Part shown: positions 62,600 to 64,000 of the stretch, in pieces
Layout of the letters: each line of letters begins with the position of its first letter
Position numbering within the stretch: position 1 is the first letter of the stretch
Assembly (NCBI RefSeq): GCF_018977255.1
Contig: NW_024704745.1
Coordinates: forward strand, 39,804,001 to 39,868,000
Length of the DNA: 64,000 nucleotides
Direction of reading: 5' to 3'
Source of the DNA: Callorhinchus milii
Lineage: Eukaryota
Made by a program: the position numbers and the translations under genes
The notes under the pieces: model-generated
Told to the model about the DNA's origin: nothing
What the model saw: the letters and a program-made list of their open reading frames with translations, nothing else
The model's database searches: none

Positions 62600-64000
62600 A
62601 GTGTCTGCGGAATTTTGCATTTAGATGGCACAAATCCGGTCTCACAATTGGGCCATTGCTGCCAATGGAAGTCCACCCGGAGGGATCCTGATGTTCGAGC
62701 GCAGATGGCACAAATCCGGCCTCACAATCCATCACCAGAGGATCCATGGCTTGAGAATCTCCACAACTACCACCTCTCTTTCTCGCAGGCCAAAACCATT
62801 TTGGAAGCGACAAACAATCCAAAGGCACTGTTTTCCACCATCTATCAACTCCTCCGCGCATCCCCCAAGCTGCCTCCATCCTCACTTCTAACACCAAACT
62901 GCAAAGAGGTCCTATACTTCTTCATGTCAAAGATTCAAAATATCCACTTGGCTGCTTTCTTCGCCTCTATGTTCCCTTCCACACACCCCCAGACTTTCTA
63001 CATCAGCCCCTCCTTTCACCATGGCTCCTACCACTCCACCCTCCCTAAATTACTTTGCCCAATTACTCCCCACTTCCTCTCAACCACCATATCCCAGATG
63101 AAGTCCACCACCTCCTACCTCGACCCCCCTCCCCACCCAGTTGCTGGTCACCCAACTCCCCCTTCTCTCCCCGCTGCTGGCCGACAGTCAACCAGTCGAA
63201 CTCCTCAGGTTTGTTTCTCTCCCTGTTAAAACCGCTGTCATGTCTCCACTCCTCAAAAACCCATCCTTACAAATTACCATCTCATTTCCAACTAGTCTTT
63301 CCTTGCCAAAGCTCTGGAGCACGTTGTTGTTAACCAGCTTTGCTCAAACCTCCTGTCCACTCGCTCCTCGAGCCCCTCTAGTCTGGTTTCCCCCTTGCCC
63401 ACAGCACAGAGATGTCAAGGTCACAAATGCTTCCCTCTCTCGCTCTGTGATCAGGACACTCTCTGCTTCCTCGTCTTCCTGGACTTCTCCGCCGCTTCTC
63501 AGTAGACCACACCATCCTCATCCACCTCCTCTCCTCCCTCATCCATCTTAGTGGGACTGCACTTGCCTGGTTCAAGTCCAACTTAACAAACTGCATTCAC
63601 TTTGTCTCTTTAAACAGTTTCTCCTCCTGCCCCCACCTGGTCACCTGTGGTGTACCCCAAGGCTCCATCCTTGGCTCCCTCCTCTTCCTCATCTATATGC
63701 TCCCTCTTGGTAATGTCATCTGCAGACATGGGGTAAACTTCCATATGTATGCGGATGATACACAAACCTAATTCTCCTCCTCAAGCTGTGACTCCAAGTC
63801 TGCCGATGTTCTGTCGATTTGTCTGGCGGACATCAGGGACTTGGATGAGTACAAACGTCTTACAACTAAATGTTGACAAGACGGAAGCCACATTCCTCAG
63901 ACTCATGGAACCAGTGCGCAACCTAGGCATGAGGTTCGACCCACAGTTGTCCTTCCTTCCCCACATCAGGTCCCTGACCAGGACCTCCTTCCTCCATATT
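62600..64000 (+). mobile_element. Degenerate L2 LINE running off the window end
   Basis: ERRWHKSGLTIH, NNPKALFSTIYQLL, GVPQGSILGSLLFLIYMLPLG, HMYADDTQ, VRNLG..FDPQLSF; 27-nt duplication at the 5' junction (62622 and 62703). Confidence 0.93.

Overview
This is AT-rich, CpG-depleted vertebrate nuclear DNA, intronic or intergenic. It is not prokaryotic: I see no operon, CRISPR array, rRNA or confidently identifiable host gene. The repeat content points to a cartilaginous fish, plausibly a holocephalan (inference): shark-type CR1 3' ends, L2 LINEs, old Deu-domain SINEs, and young tRNA-Ala-headed SINEs with L2 tails. Most ORFs in the supplied track are transposon fragments or chance ORFs. The most notable items are as follows. 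(1) A decayed non-LTR retrotransposon at ~57.3-58.8 kb, distinct from the local L2/CR1, whose protein motifs resemble RTE-group elements I recall from early-diverging fungi and microsporidia. Its 3' portion recurs in three more copies that share one end and apparently the same internal deletions, suggesting a non-autonomous derivative family. (2) A recent 144-bp inverted duplication with 3 mismatches that splits a SINE into an inverted body and a displaced tail. (3) A modular SINE series (tRNA head + Meta-like box + 3' Deu segment + L2 stem-loop tail) with long and short forms and three different tail loops. (4) Several repeat-free, CpG-retaining islands that look like enhancers or unassigned exons. 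All repeat boundaries were estimated by eye and are approximate; family names come from recalled consensus features, not a database search.
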